Part shown: piece by piece, positions 25,830 to 38,216 of the stretch | How positions within the stretch are numbered: the first letter of the stretch is position 1 | How the letters are laid out: each line of letters opens with the position of its first letter | NCBI RefSeq assembly: GCF_001194135.2 | Contig: NC_068981.1 | Location: forward strand, 120,520,843 to 120,584,842 | Origin: Octopus bimaculoides | Taxonomy: Eukaryota | Direction of reading: 5' to 3' | DNA: 64,000 bases | Program-made: the position numbers and the translations under genes | Notes under the pieces: generated by a model | Seen by the model: only the letters and a program-made list of their open reading frames with translations | Told to the model about the DNA's origin: nothing | Database searches by the model: none

Positions 25830-26520
25830 GTACATATAGATACAAAACTGGGTACATGACGTGGCAAAAGAACATGGACAAAATGATAAACAAGGTACAA
25901 CAAACAAGCAAGCCACATAGAAACATCTCCTTCATCAGTTGCCACCATTAAAACACCGGCGTTTCGAAGAATTAAGGCAGTACACATCGTTGAAATGGTT
26001 CTTCCCACGAACACAAATTAAATTATTTTCGTGGAGCGTAGTGGCGGACGGAAAACAAAACAGGAAAACGAAACGGTGAATAAACAAACAAGCAAATAGG
26101 CTGTACAGCCAGACATGAAGTGTGTATATATTGAACGCTGTGAAGCACGAACAGGAGGGGAAAAGAAGTACGTGCCAGCTTGGGGAGTCCAAGAACGAAA
26201 AGAAATAGCAGCCGGACACACGTGACCAGCGCTGTGTAAAGCGAAAGAGTAGCAGAGGAAGTAGAATAAAAGTGAGCAACGAGAGGTAGAGAGGGAGAGA
26301 GATAGTAGTAGTAACGGTGAGAGGCGAAGGACGAGCAACAAGAGATAGAGAGAGAGAGAGAGATAGTAGTGACAGGGAGGGGCAAAGAACAGTAGAGGAA
26401 AGAATGAGAGGGGGAGATAGATATAGAGATAGAGAGAGCCGCGTTAGAAAAATAGTTAAAACTTGTGTACCATGAATGAGTGTTCCTAAATCAAGCATCC
26501 CTTTTCAGCGCTCCAAACCA
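25830..26520 (-). mobile_element. CpG-rich unclassified repeat, possibly a Penelope-like 3' region
   Basis: CpG-rich relative to background, CT-rich on the minus strand, carries CGAAAC and CTGATGA motifs, inserted after a SINE-internal (TA)n. Confidence 0.35.
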
Positions 26521-26528
26521 AACGCAAC

Positions 26529-26594
<66 letters not shown>

Positions 26595-26748
26595 ACGAAC
26601 TAGACTGGTACTTCATAAATTGACACCCTGAATGAAAGAGGAAAGAAAAGTTGATCATTCAAGATTTGAACTCAGAGTGTAAAGAACTGGAAAGAATATA
26701 GAAAAGCCTTTCTATCTTGTTTTAATGATGGTCAATTCACCACCTTAA

Positions 26749-27027
26749 CCCTTTTGATACCAACCTACCTGGGACTGCCCTTTGTTCTATGACATAAACT
26801 TCCTGTTTTAAAGTGATTTAACCCCAAATTATTCTATCAAATGTAACAATTATTTATTCACATTGTTTTGAATTTATCCTGCATTATCTTGTAGCCTTAT
26901 TTTGATTATGTAACTGTATACTTTTTAGACTAACGTTATAGGGTAGGTGTGACAGGTTGGACCTGGCTAATTTAAACATAAAACAAGAATATTTTGGTCA
27001 GATATGGCTGATTTGAATATTAAAGTG
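26749..27027. mobile_element. TTAA/CCCTTT-ended MITE (piggyBac-like), degenerate
   Basis: Starts ttaa|cccttttg and ends aaagtgtta; related pieces at about 30884-31090 and 38258-38310. Confidence 0.45.
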
Positions 27028-27320
27028 TTACATTAAAACCTTCCACTAAAATTTCATGCTATTGGTTCAAACAGCTGGCTTAATAGTGACAAAGCTATTT
27101 TGATAAATTCTACGATATTTTCCAGAATACAAGTTTATGTAGTATATAGTGTAAACATGTAGAGTAAATATTCAAACATTGCCACAGTCTTTCAAAATTC
27201 TGCTGCATTTCACAGGAAATTTTTTGTCCTCTGAAGTTGTCTTGGTGTACAAGTCGACCTAATTTCTTTGGCAGCAAATTTTTGGTCTGAAAAATTTGAT
27301 TTGTATGCTGGAAAATATAC

Positions 27321-27543
27321 CTTTTATCTTTTACCTATTTCAGTCATTTGACTGTGGCCATGCTATAGTACCGCCTTGAAGGGTTTAGTTGAATAAACTG
27401 CCCCCCCTCCCAGGACTTGCTTTTTTAAGCCTGGTACTTATTCCATTGGTCATTTTTGCCAAACAGCTAATTTACAGGAATGTAAACAGACTAACAACGG
27501 TTGTCAAGCAGTGGTGGGGATAAACACAGACACAAAGACACAT

Positions 27544-27574
<31 letters not shown>

Positions 27575-27719
27575 CAACAGGCTTCTTTACAGTTTCCATC
27601 TGTCAAATCCACTCACAAGGCTTTGGTCGGCCTGAGGCTATAGTAGAAGACACTTGCCCAAGGTGCTACACATGCGGTTGGGAAGCAAAAGTTCTTACCA
27701 CACAGCCATGTCTGCGCCT
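27321..27719 (-). mobile_element. Family-A SINE
   Basis: Tail, internal (CA/TA) tract and head all present. Confidence 0.85.
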
Positions 27720-28804
27720 GGTGCATTATTTTCAGAATCAATTAACACAAAGTGTATCTCAATAGAAATATGGTAACAAAAGAATGAAGAGAGTAAGGTC
27801 GCAATTGGAAAATCTTTGTTCATTAGGGCTGATCTGAGACCAAACAACAACAATTCACACACAAAAGCTTTTAATTGCCCACCACGCTCATACTATCTTT
27901 ATTAATATATCCCCTTCATTTAAAGTATACTTCTTCTTCTCACATGCTCTCTCTCACTTGTCCATCTTTCAGATGCTTCCTTCCCCTCCACCCTCATACT
28001 ATATCTAATTAACAGTTTCACTGTCTCAATTAAAATGATCTATTACTGATTGATACTTCTACCCTGTCCATCCAACACACAGACATTTTATTTTTCATCT
28101 TTGCTTTTTTCTCCAAAATATTTACATGGTTTAATTTATTTTTTAATTGTTTTCATCGTCTGTTGTTATTGCTGATGGGTGTTAAGTGTTATAATTGTGA
28201 TCAAACATATTCCAGATATGACCATCTCATCTTTTATTCAGATATGAGACTATATTATCCAATGTAACTGTTTTTTTCAAGAGAATACGGTGTGATTTGA
28301 GGATGACTTGGTCACTATTTGTGGCAAGCAGAGCAGCTACATTGAAATTCCTTTTATTATTTTCAGTTATGATGCCCCTAAGCACGTAAACCCCCCCACC
28401 CCACCCAACAACAACAACGACAATAACAACATTACGAATGAACTGGCTGTAAAGAATACAGCGAAAAATTCTATCTGATGTTTTAATAACTCAGCTAATC
28501 CACCACCATAAGACAGGGTGGTCATAGTTGAAACGTCTTTGATCATAAGGTCTGTTTGATCAGGGTTGATCAGTGATTGAACAACGACTCACATACCAAA
28601 ACTCTTATTCTCCCTACCATACATACACACTACCTTTATCAATGTGTTCGTTTCATTTATATATTTCTTTTCTGTACATGGTGGCTTGAACTGCAAGAAA
28701 TAGCAGCTAAAATCTCCCTTCAATCATATCACATTCACTGTCACGAATAAGGGAAGAACACTTTAGATAATGTTGATTTTTGTCCTTGGGTAGCAACTAT
28801 TATT

Positions 28805-29239
28805 ACCTATTTGCTTACCCTTAGAAAGTATGAAAACTGGCTAATATTTCTTTCAAACTTTGCTTTTGTTACATTTATTCAAACCCCAAAGAATCCTTCT
28901 AAACACATGGCTATGATGCTACCCCCACTACTCCTGTTCATGCTTAGAGATGCACATATTGTCAGCCCCTAAGGGACATGTTCAAATGGTTAAGGTCAAG
29001 CAAATGACAAGCAAATCTGTGATAATGAGCAGAATATTTGCTACAATGATATTTCTGCTTCAGCAATTCAGTGCTGAATCTGTATGAAATGTAATGGAAA
29101 ATAGGTCAGTTTGAAAACATTGATGTCTCGGTCATAAAAGCAAGGTTTGAAGGGAATACTAGTCATTTGCTTTGATTTCAAGAGAGAAGCAAATAGGAAA
29201 TAACAATGACCAAAGATAAAAAAAAATTGTTATACAGTG
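28805..29239. mobile_element. Long-TIR non-autonomous DNA element (Tc1/mariner-like ends), one end truncated
   Basis: Colinear with 49879-50307; ends ttgttatacagtg. Confidence 0.7.
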
Positions 29240-30108
29240 TTAAACACAGTTTAGGGCAATAAAGTGTAATACAAAGGAGATTAAGCTGATATTTCTGGCA
29301 GGTTGAGTGACTGTAATCCCCACTCCTGTTGGCTTGTTTTTCATATTATTACAGGTGTCTTTATTTTCTTAAGCATTATCTTTTTTCATGGATTCTGCTT
29401 TTAAGAGAAAGTGTGTGCATTTTGTATGAGCAATGTATTGGCAGTAATATAGGATGTTGGTTGATAATGTTAATTTCAAATTTTGGTGCAAGGCCAGCAA
29501 GTTAAGGAGAGTGGGGGGAGTTGATTACATCAACTCCAGTCCTCAACTGGTATTTAGTTTGACTCTGAAAAAAATGAAAGGCGAAGTCAACCTCTGCAGA
29601 ATTTGAACTCAGATCATAAAGACAGATGAAATGCTGCTAAGCATTTTGCCCAGCATGCTAATGCTTCTGCCAGATCACTGCCTTATGTTAGCTAATAATA
29701 TTGATGTGATGGTTATTCCATATGATGTCTCACTTCAACTGTCATTGTAGTTCTGTATGCTGGTCATGGGATTTTTACAGAAGAACACAAAAATGGTTTT
29801 CTGTTGCCTTCTTCAGGCTATTCTTTTTTAACAACATACCATTCAGTTGGCTAGATATGGATAAGTTTACCACATCTACCCGGGAAGTCAGAACAAATAC
29901 TGAAAAGCTTTTTATGCATTTCATTAATCACAGAAGGATAACGATGAAAAGCAAAGATGACCTTGAACTAAGAACATAAAGCATCAGAGCAAATACCACA
30001 AAACACTATATTCCCATAATAAAACTGATATTCCAATAATTCTACCAATTAATAATACTTGATGTATGATATGGATGTGAATATTGCTAAAACGAGTAAG
30101 ATTTACAG

Positions 30109-30759
30109 CAGTGTTTAACAACCATTTTTTGCCTGTGGATCCTTTGATTACCATTTTACTCAGATGGACACTCATGTTGAAAAAAAGTCCTATTATATTT
30201 TGATAATTAAATATTATTAGGAATTGTAGAAGAAAATTGTTGAAATATTTTGTGTATTGTAAAAGTGTAACCAAGGTGCAGGAGTGGCTGTGTGGTAAGT
30301 AGCTTGCTTACCAACCACATGGTTCTGGGTTCATTCTCACTGCGTGGCACCTTGGGCAAGTGTCTACTCTTATAGTCTCGGGCCGACCAAAGCCTTGTGA
30401 GTGGATTTTGTAGATGGAAACTGAAAGAAGCCTGTCGTATATATGTATATATATAGTGTGTGTATATGTTTGTGTGTCTGTGTTTGACCCCCCCCCCCCC
30501 CCCCCCCACCAACATCGCTTGACAACCGATGGTGGTGTGTTTATGTCCCCATAACTTAGCGGTTCGGCAAAAGAGGCCGATAGAATAAGTACTAGGCTTC
30601 CAAAGAATAAGTCCTGGGGTCAATTTGCTCAACTAAAAGGCAGTGCTCCAGCATGGCTGCAGTCAAATGACTGAAACAAGTAAAAGAATAAAAGAATAAT
30701 TTATTGCAGGTAAATTTTAACAACAAAAACCTTATATGGACCCCGGTTGAGAACAACTA
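30109..30759. mobile_element. hAT MITE interrupted by a SINE
   Basis: Ends cagtgtttaacaacc / ggttgagaacaacta; diverged TSD ATTTACAG/GTTTATAG. Confidence 0.7.
30274..30698 (+). mobile_element. Family-A SINE, full length, young
   Basis: aggtgcaggagtggctgtgtggtaag...gaaacaagtaaaagaataaaagaata. Confidence 0.9.
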
Positions 30760-31221
30760 GTTTATAGTATATTCTATGATTATACTACATGTCATTGTGT
30801 GTTAAATGTTGTTCTCAACTGGTGTACTGTGGCACACTGAGGATATCTAGAAGTGTTGGGTTTTTTTTTTAATATAACACAATCCTTTAGCATTGAGATT
30901 ACTTTGTCAAATGTAAATGCTTATTTATTCATGTTGTTTTGAATTAATCATGCATTATCTTACGGCTTTGAAATTTTGGTGATGTGATTGCTTATCTTTA
31001 GAATAACAGTGAAGAGTAGGTATGAGAGGCTGGATCTGACCAACTTGTACATAAACAGGTAGAATGTTTGGGCTGGAAATGGCTGGTTTAAATCCCATAC
31101 TAATACTCAAGTGTCTCTAAAAATTTGTGATTCATAATTATGTTATACATTAAGTATGAGCAACAAAATAATGCAAATAATAGTTTTCTGTATATTTATT
31201 TTTAAATATTTTACTTTAAAA

Positions 31222-31478
31222 CAATGATTCTCAACCAGCGTCCATATAAGATTTTGTTGTTAAAATTTATCTGCCATAAATTTGTTATACTTTTACAATA
31301 CACAAAATATTGTAACAATATTTTTTTAATAGAATTCCTGATAATATTTAATTATAAAAATATAATATGATTTGGCTACAAAGGTCCAGTTGGTGTGAGA
31401 CACCAAATGGCCAGGAGGGTCCATTCGAGTAAAACAAGTGAAAGGGGTTCATAGATAAAAAATGGTTGAAAAACACTG
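31222..31478. mobile_element. hAT MITE
   Basis: Ends caatgattctcaacc / ggttgaaaaacactg; perfect TSD CTTTAAAA. Confidence 0.85.
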
Positions 31479-32137
31479 CTTTAAAACAGTATTTTTCTAA
31501 CTTTTCATGTGAAATTTGTTAATTCAATGAGTTGGTAAGCTCAGTTAATTGAACAATTGAATACTCATCATTAAAACTGACAGAGATCTATTATATTTGA
31601 GAATATAAATGTAAATAATATGCAAAGGTAAGTACTTAACCCTGTTGATGTTTAACCCCAAGTTAATCTTAACTGAACAAACATAGTATCAAAAGTATTC
31701 CAGGTATGATTATACCAACCTTTTACTAGTATCTAAAACATATAGCATCATATCTTTCCTGCTTGAGATAGTGGGGATGGATTTGATAAAGATTTGGTTT
31801 CTATTTCTCGCAAGGCAAACAACCATATAAAGGCTTCCACATTTGTTCTGTTTTTATAGGTTGAAGTAGATGATAGATAAATTCCTTCCTGGATGTGATA
31901 CCTATCCTTGATAGTTAGGAGAATGTTCTACCCAGAAACAATGAAATGGCTATGGTACATTTGAACTCATAAACTATAAACAATAATACTTATATGCACT
32001 AAATGCCCTTGTGAGAGCTTTTCTCTTAATAACTATTGCAGTACCCCGTATTCTAACACAACATCCACTTATATTAGCTTTTGGTATTCATACTGCTTTG
32101 GTTGCTAATAATTATTTTTTAATAAGCCCTCTGATTA

Positions 32138-32338
32138 AGGCGGTGAGCTGGCAGAAGTGTTAGCACGCTGGGAAAAATGCTTAGAGGTATTTCGTTTGTC
32201 TTTAGGTTCTGAGTTCAAATTCCGAGGTCGACTTTGCCTTTTGGGGTTGATAAATTAAGTACCAGTTGCATACTGGTCGATCTAATTGACTAAGCCCACT
32301 CTCCAAAAATTTCGGGCCTTATGCCTTAGAAAAGAATA
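32138..32338 (+). mobile_element. Family-B SINE, young
   Basis: aggcggtgagctggcagaagtgttagcacg...gtcgactttgcc...aagtaccagttgc. Confidence 0.85.
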
Positions 32339-32977
32339 AGCCCTGTGATTATTCACGGCACCAGTGCCTAAACAGGCACAGATTCTATGTATACTGCTAG
32401 TAGAGATATTGCTGCTATTTTCAGCAGATGAGCATCTACCATTGACAAGGCCAAGAAAGGACGAAATTGGCAATGGTGGAGTTATCTCCTGCTAGTGATG
32501 TAAACAAGAATGCTTATATAGACCAAAAACCCATGAGAGGTTCTCTCAAGGTAACTATCACAATATTCTGTGTTCTAACACAACATCCACTTTTAAGTCA
32601 TAATAATCATTTAATGTCCGTTTTCCATGCTGGCCAGCAGGGTTGCTGTCTGGACTCCAATTGTCTGTTGTGGCATGGTTTCTATGGCTGGATGCTCACG
32701 AGAAATATAGATAAAGAGGGAATGAAAGCATCACATGATAAAGAGCACCAAATCAGCCTTGATTGTGCAGACTTTTAATCAAAGACATTCTAACCACAAC
32801 CAACCTGTCTCCTTAGAGAATATGTAAGACTACATCATCTGTGTTCTCTCCTTATTTATATGACAAGGTATGATTTGAGTGGGATCTGGTTGTTAGTAGG
32901 TTGAATGAGAAAACAAATGAGTTCTTTAACACATACTTCCCACCTCATAAATGTAATTATTACATGTTGTTTTAGAG

Positions 32978-33219
32978 CAGCGGTTCTCAACTGTTTTTTG
33001 CTTATGGACCCTTTTGATTCCTATTTTACTCATGTGTGTGTGTGTGAGGGGAATACCCTCCTAGCCATTTCATGCTAAATTCTCCAGTATTTTTAGATTA
33101 AGAGTTGTATAAAAAATGCTTAAATATTTTGGGTATTGTAGAAGTATAACCAATTTATTGCACATACAAAATCTTATGTGGACCCCAAGGGCCATAGAGA
33201 CCCCACTTGAGGACCACTG
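32978..33219. mobile_element. hAT MITE
   Basis: Ends cagcggttctcaac / cttgaggaccactg; perfect TSD TTTTAGAG. Confidence 0.85.
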
Positions 33220-33409
33220 TTTTAGAGTGTATGCCTGTGTGAGACAAAGAGAGAGAGAAAGAAAGAGAAGGAGGGAGGACGGGAGAGATGGAGAAAGATA
33301 GAGGAAAAGAGAGAGGGTGAGAGTAAAGAATGGAGTGGATTGCTGATGGCCATAAAGAGGAAATTCTTCCAAGACATTCCCCACTTCTGTCAACAGATGA
33401 AGAGCAAAT

Positions 33410-33658
33410 CTTTATTCTTTCACTTGTTTCAGTCATTTGACTGCTGCCATGCTGGGGCACTGCCTTGAAGGATCTTAGTCAAACAAATCGACCCCAGGAC
33501 TTATTTTTTAAGCTTAGAACTTATTCTGTCAGTTCCTGGTGCTGAACTGCTAAGTTACAGGGACATAAACACACCAACACCAGTTGTCAAGTGGTGAGAT
33601 GGGAGACAAAGACACACACATACAGATACATACATATATACATACATATATATATATG

Positions 33659-33721
<63 letters not shown>

Positions 33722-34163
33722 CAATAAGAAAATGGAGGGGAATATGTGGTACTCATCAACTTGCAGACATTGTATTATGTCAATTTGCCTGTTTATTTTT
33801 CAACTAAGAGGACAGGACAATAAAAACAATATACATACACATGACATATTATGTCATATCAGTAATAAAAATGACATAATATGTCATATGTGTTTGTATA
33901 TTGTTTTTATTGTCCTGTCCTCTTAGTTGAAAAATAAACAGGCAAATTGACATAATACAATGTCTGCAAGTTGATGAGTACCACATATTCCCCTCCACTT
34001 TCTTAGTGCTATATAAATTAAGGGTAAAATTTCCTTTTACCCGCACCCATTTATTGCACTCGGTAAAAACACTAGTACAATAGTAACTGGGAATCCTTCC
34101 GGCAGTATATTGGCTAGATATTATCTCTTAGTGGGTTGGATTCACAACCCCTAACTTTCTTGG

Positions 34164-34199
<36 letters not shown>

Positions 34200-34362
34200 A
34201 GATGGGCTTCTTTTAGTTTCTGTCTATCTAATTCACTCACAAGGCTTTGGTTGGCGTGAGGCTATAGCAGAAGACACTAACACAAGGTGCCATGCAGTGA
34301 GACTGAACCTGGAACACATGGTTGGGAAGCAAGCTTCTTACTACACAGCCATACCTGCACCT
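33410..34362 (-). mobile_element. Family-A SINE split by an insertion into its internal (TA)n
   Basis: 3' half about 33410-33640 and 5' half about 34195-34362, same orientation, with (TA)n on both sides of the insert. Confidence 0.8.
33721..34168. mobile_element. Asymmetric fold-back element, copy A (unclassified)
   Basis: Arms 33721-33857 and 33871-34009 (3 mismatches plus a 2-nt indel), 13-nt loop, about 155-bp one-sided extension; (TA)n on both flanks. Confidence 0.85.
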
Positions 34363-35789
34363 GTGGTGGGTATCCCAATAAACCAAAAGGATTATAGGAC
34401 TAATCCCAAATATTTAACAGAATACCAATGCAGTAGCGGCTAGGAATAAATAAATAAAGGTCCATGTGGTTCTGTCTTCCGTTTCACTAAATGGTACAAA
34501 ATGGATCTTGTAATGTAACTTCCAACAACCAATGCCTTGTGAATAGAAATGGTAGAAGGAATTGTATGCATAGAAGGCTCATTGTGTGTGTGCGTGCATT
34601 CATGTGTGTGTATGCGCTCCTTTGTGCATGTATGTGTGTGTGTTTATGTTTTGTGCTTTTGCATCAAAAGCATCTGATAAAAAAAAGATGACATCCGACT
34701 GTAAATACCATACCAAAACTGACCTTGCCTATGCCACATAAAAAGCACTCTGTCCACCCTGCTGGGTGGTTGGTATTAGTAAGGACATCAAGCTGTAAAA
34801 ACCATGCCAAAACAGACACAAGTCTGGTGCAGACTCCTGCCTGGTCAGCACCTGTCAAACCGTCCAACCCATGCCAGCAAGGAAGGTAGACATTAAATGA
34901 TAATGATGATGATGATGAAAACTTCCTATTGCACTGTAATTTCAAAGACAAGTGAAATATAAAAAAAAAAGCATTACTTCACTTGTAAAAATAAGTATGT
35001 GTTAGTGACAAGAAGGACATTTGGATGTAAAATAACACCTCAACAAGTATTCAACCCACCTATGCTGGGAAGGAAAAAAATGGATGTAAAGCAAATGAAT
35101 GAATGGATTGACTCATGTACAAATGTATTTTGCTTGGCTGTAAAAATTAGTCACATAATGGCTTTTGAAACAGTTTGGGATGTAGATGGAGCTGAGTGGC
35201 TTCAATTGTTACTGAATACTTCATCAGAATTTGCTCACCTCTACCTGGATGCTGGTATAAAGGATATTCATTAAAAATGTAGGCAAGATTGTGCCGGGCA
35301 CAACTTGCATAATGTTAACGATCCGATAATAATTATATATATTAGAGTATCAATGTAGCATAGTTATGAATAAATAAATATGTTTACAGAGTTATGGATA
35401 TCCACATGTATTTAGTGTTATTGTAAAATAAGATCCACGAGGGTTCTTAACAGCAGCTCAGGATGACGATAAGTGTGAATGTGCATGTGTGTGTGCCTGT
35501 TTGAAGGTGAATATGTATGTGTGTGTGTGTGTATGCATACATGTACATACATCATCATCATCATCTAACATCTGTTTTCCATGCTGGCAAAGGCTGGACA
35601 GTTTGACAGAGGATGGTAAACTGGAAGGCTGCACCAGGCCTCAGTCATCTGTCTTGGCATCGCTTCTATGGCTGAATGTCCTTCCTAATGCCAACCACTT
35701 TACAGAGTGTACTGGGCACTTGTTATGTGGTGCTGGCACAGGTGCTCTAACATATATATACATATATACATATATATATATTTCATCAT

Positions 35790-35995
35790 GTTGAACTGTT
35801 GATCCCTGTACAGTGTTTTCTCCCTCTGTTTTTTTTGGGTTCTCTCTCCATTTATTTTCCCTCTCAATCCTTTCTGTTGAAGAGCATAGGCTCGGAAAGT
35901 CAAAAACTTTTCCATTCTTGCTGAACGTTAAACTAATACACCTGCTTGTTGTTCCCTCACCTGTCTTCGTCTTTTGTTTTCTGTAAATATGAACT
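35790..35995 (+). mobile_element. Putative Penelope-like pseudo-LTR remnant with a degenerate hammerhead motif (35871-35906)
   Basis: UUU-CUGuUGA-A-GAGC(AUAG)GCUC-gGAAAGUC-AAA; flanks related to 18715-18905. Confidence 0.45.
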
Positions 35996-36863
35996 ACACA
36001 CACACACACACACATACATACATACATGCACGTACACACATACATATAGATAACAATGTATTGAACCCATTACTCAGTACACTTGGGAGCTTACTATTAC
36101 TATATAGAATAGTGTTTGGACAAAGATCAAAACACAAAAATAATTGGAAAATATAAATAAATAAATAAATATAATAAAAACAATACAATTTAAGACAGAA
36201 AAAAATACAATATAATATATTCCTTAGATAAATGAAAACATCAATTTTAATAACTGCATAGTTTAGTTTGGTATTTCAAGTGTTAAGTATTGATGAAAAA
36301 CATCACAGTTTATAGAAATTTGATTCACACAAATTTATCAGTTATTCCAACAACAGGGGAATAGACATAAATCGAAGAGAATGAAACAGTTGATTTCTTG
36401 TCAGTGTCAATTGATATAAGATTTCTGTCTCACTTGTTGTGTTTTCCACTCTCTTGCTAACAAATAATAAATAGTGAAACAATTCGTCTTAATTTAGTTC
36501 AACAATTAAACAAATTACATCATTTTTGTTAGTTTTTTATGATAATAGTAATTATTAAAAAAGAAAAAAAAAATTTTTTGAGGAGTGTGTATGTGTATAT
36601 GTGTGTGTGTGTGTAGTATGTTGTGGGCATAATAGAAGACTATGAGTACAATAATAACCATTCTGAGGTGGTGATATTACGTTGTTCATTTCTTGTGATT
36701 CCAATAAAACAAGTAGTGTCTGTGTTATAAGACAGACAGGATGAATACTATTGTTGTTTAGCTAAATGTGACTCCTGATCAAGCAAACCTAATGATTAAA
36801 GATATTCCAGCCATGACTATCCCGTTTTTTAATTTCTAAATATAATATATCTTAAGTCTACAT

Positions 36864-38216
36864 CAGTGGTCCTCAGTCAGGGTTCATATGAGATTTTGTT
36901 GTTAACATTTAGATGCAATAAATTGGTTATATTTCTACAATTCTTTTATTCTTTTACTTGCTTCAGTCGTTTGACTGCAGTCATGCTGGAGTACCACTTT
37001 CATGGGTTTTAGTTGAACAAATCGATCTCTGAACATATTTTTTATAAAATTGCCTAGTACTTATTCTACCAGTATCTTTTGCTGAACCACTAAGTTACAG
37101 GAACATAAATACACCAACACTTGTCAAGTAGTGATGGGGGGTGGGCAAACACAAACACAAGTACATATATACATACATACATACATACATATTATATATC
37201 ATCATCATCATCGTTTAACGTCAGCTTTCCATGCTAGCATGGGTTGGACGATTTGACTGAGGACTGGTGAAACCGGATGGCAACACCAGGCTCCAATCTA
37301 AATTTGGCAGAGTTTCTACAGCTGGATGCCCTTCCTAACGCCAACCACTCAGAGAGTGTAGTAGGTGCTTTTACGTGTCACCTGCACGAAGGCCAGTCAG
37401 GCGATACTGGCAACGGCCATGCTCAAAATGGTGTCTTTTATGTGCCACTCGCACAAGCCAGTCCAGGGGCACTGGCAACGATCTCACTCGAAAATCCTAC
37501 GGAGGCCAGTCAGGTGGTACTGGCAACGGCCACGCTCAAAATATATATATATATATATATATATANNNNNNNNNNNNNNNNNNNNNNNNNNNNNNNNNNN
37601 NNNNNNNNNNNNNNNNNNNNNNNNNNNNNNNNNNNNNNNNNNNNNNNNNNNNNNNNNNNNNNNNNNNNNNNNNNNNNNNNNNNNNNNNNNNNNNNNNNNN
37701 NNNNNNNNNNNNNNNNNNNNNNNNNNNNNNNNNNNNNNNNNNNNNNNNNNNNNNNNNNNNNNNNNNNNNNNNNNNNNNNNNNNNNNNNNNNNNNNNNNGT
37801 GTGTGGATTAGGTAGATGGATACTGAAAGAAGCCTGTTGTATATGTATATATATTGATGTGTGTCCTTGTGTTCATGTTTGTCACCTCCTCCACTTGATA
37901 ACTAGTGTTGGTGTATTCACATCCCCGTAACTTATTGGTTCACCAAAAGGGACTGATAGAATAAGTACAAGGCGAAGAAAAAAAGTACTAGGGTCAATTA
38001 ATTTGATTAAAATTCCACATCCTCATGGTGGTGCCCCAGCATGGCCATAGTCTAATGACTGAAGAAAGCAAAAGATAAAAGTTAAATTCTTAGTAGAATT
38101 TGATTGTAAAAATATAACAAGATTTTTTTTTATATACAGCAAATGGCTATGGAGGTCCAGTAGTGTAAAACAGGAAACAAAAGGATCCATAGCTAAAAAG
38201 GGGCTAAGAACTACTG
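36864..38216. mobile_element. hAT MITE expanded by nested SINE and RTE-tail insertions
   Basis: Ends cagtggtcctcag / ctaagaactactg; TSD GTCTACAT/GACTACAT (7/8); contains a SINE (-), an RTE tail (-), a gap and a SINE (+). Confidence 0.7.
37198..37540 (-). mobile_element. Young RTE 3'UTR with tandem hairpin subrepeats
   Basis: (ATC)n tail, CCATGCTAGCATGG, three GCCAGT-8nt-ACTGGC units. Confidence 0.85.

Noticed and set aside
29722-30100. 85-aa ORF and an LYAGHG motif in another frame (caspase-like resemblance)
   Set aside because: Stops in all frames, the motif is too short, and there is no consistent splice pattern.
31584-31627. Possible 44-nt exon with an AG|gtaagt donor
   Set aside because: Poor polypyrimidine tract and low-complexity peptide; such donors arise by chance in AT-rich DNA.
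33970-33982. TTGATGAGTACC in the fold-back arms as a hammerhead core
   Set aside because: Lacks the initial C and any downstream stem II/GAAA.
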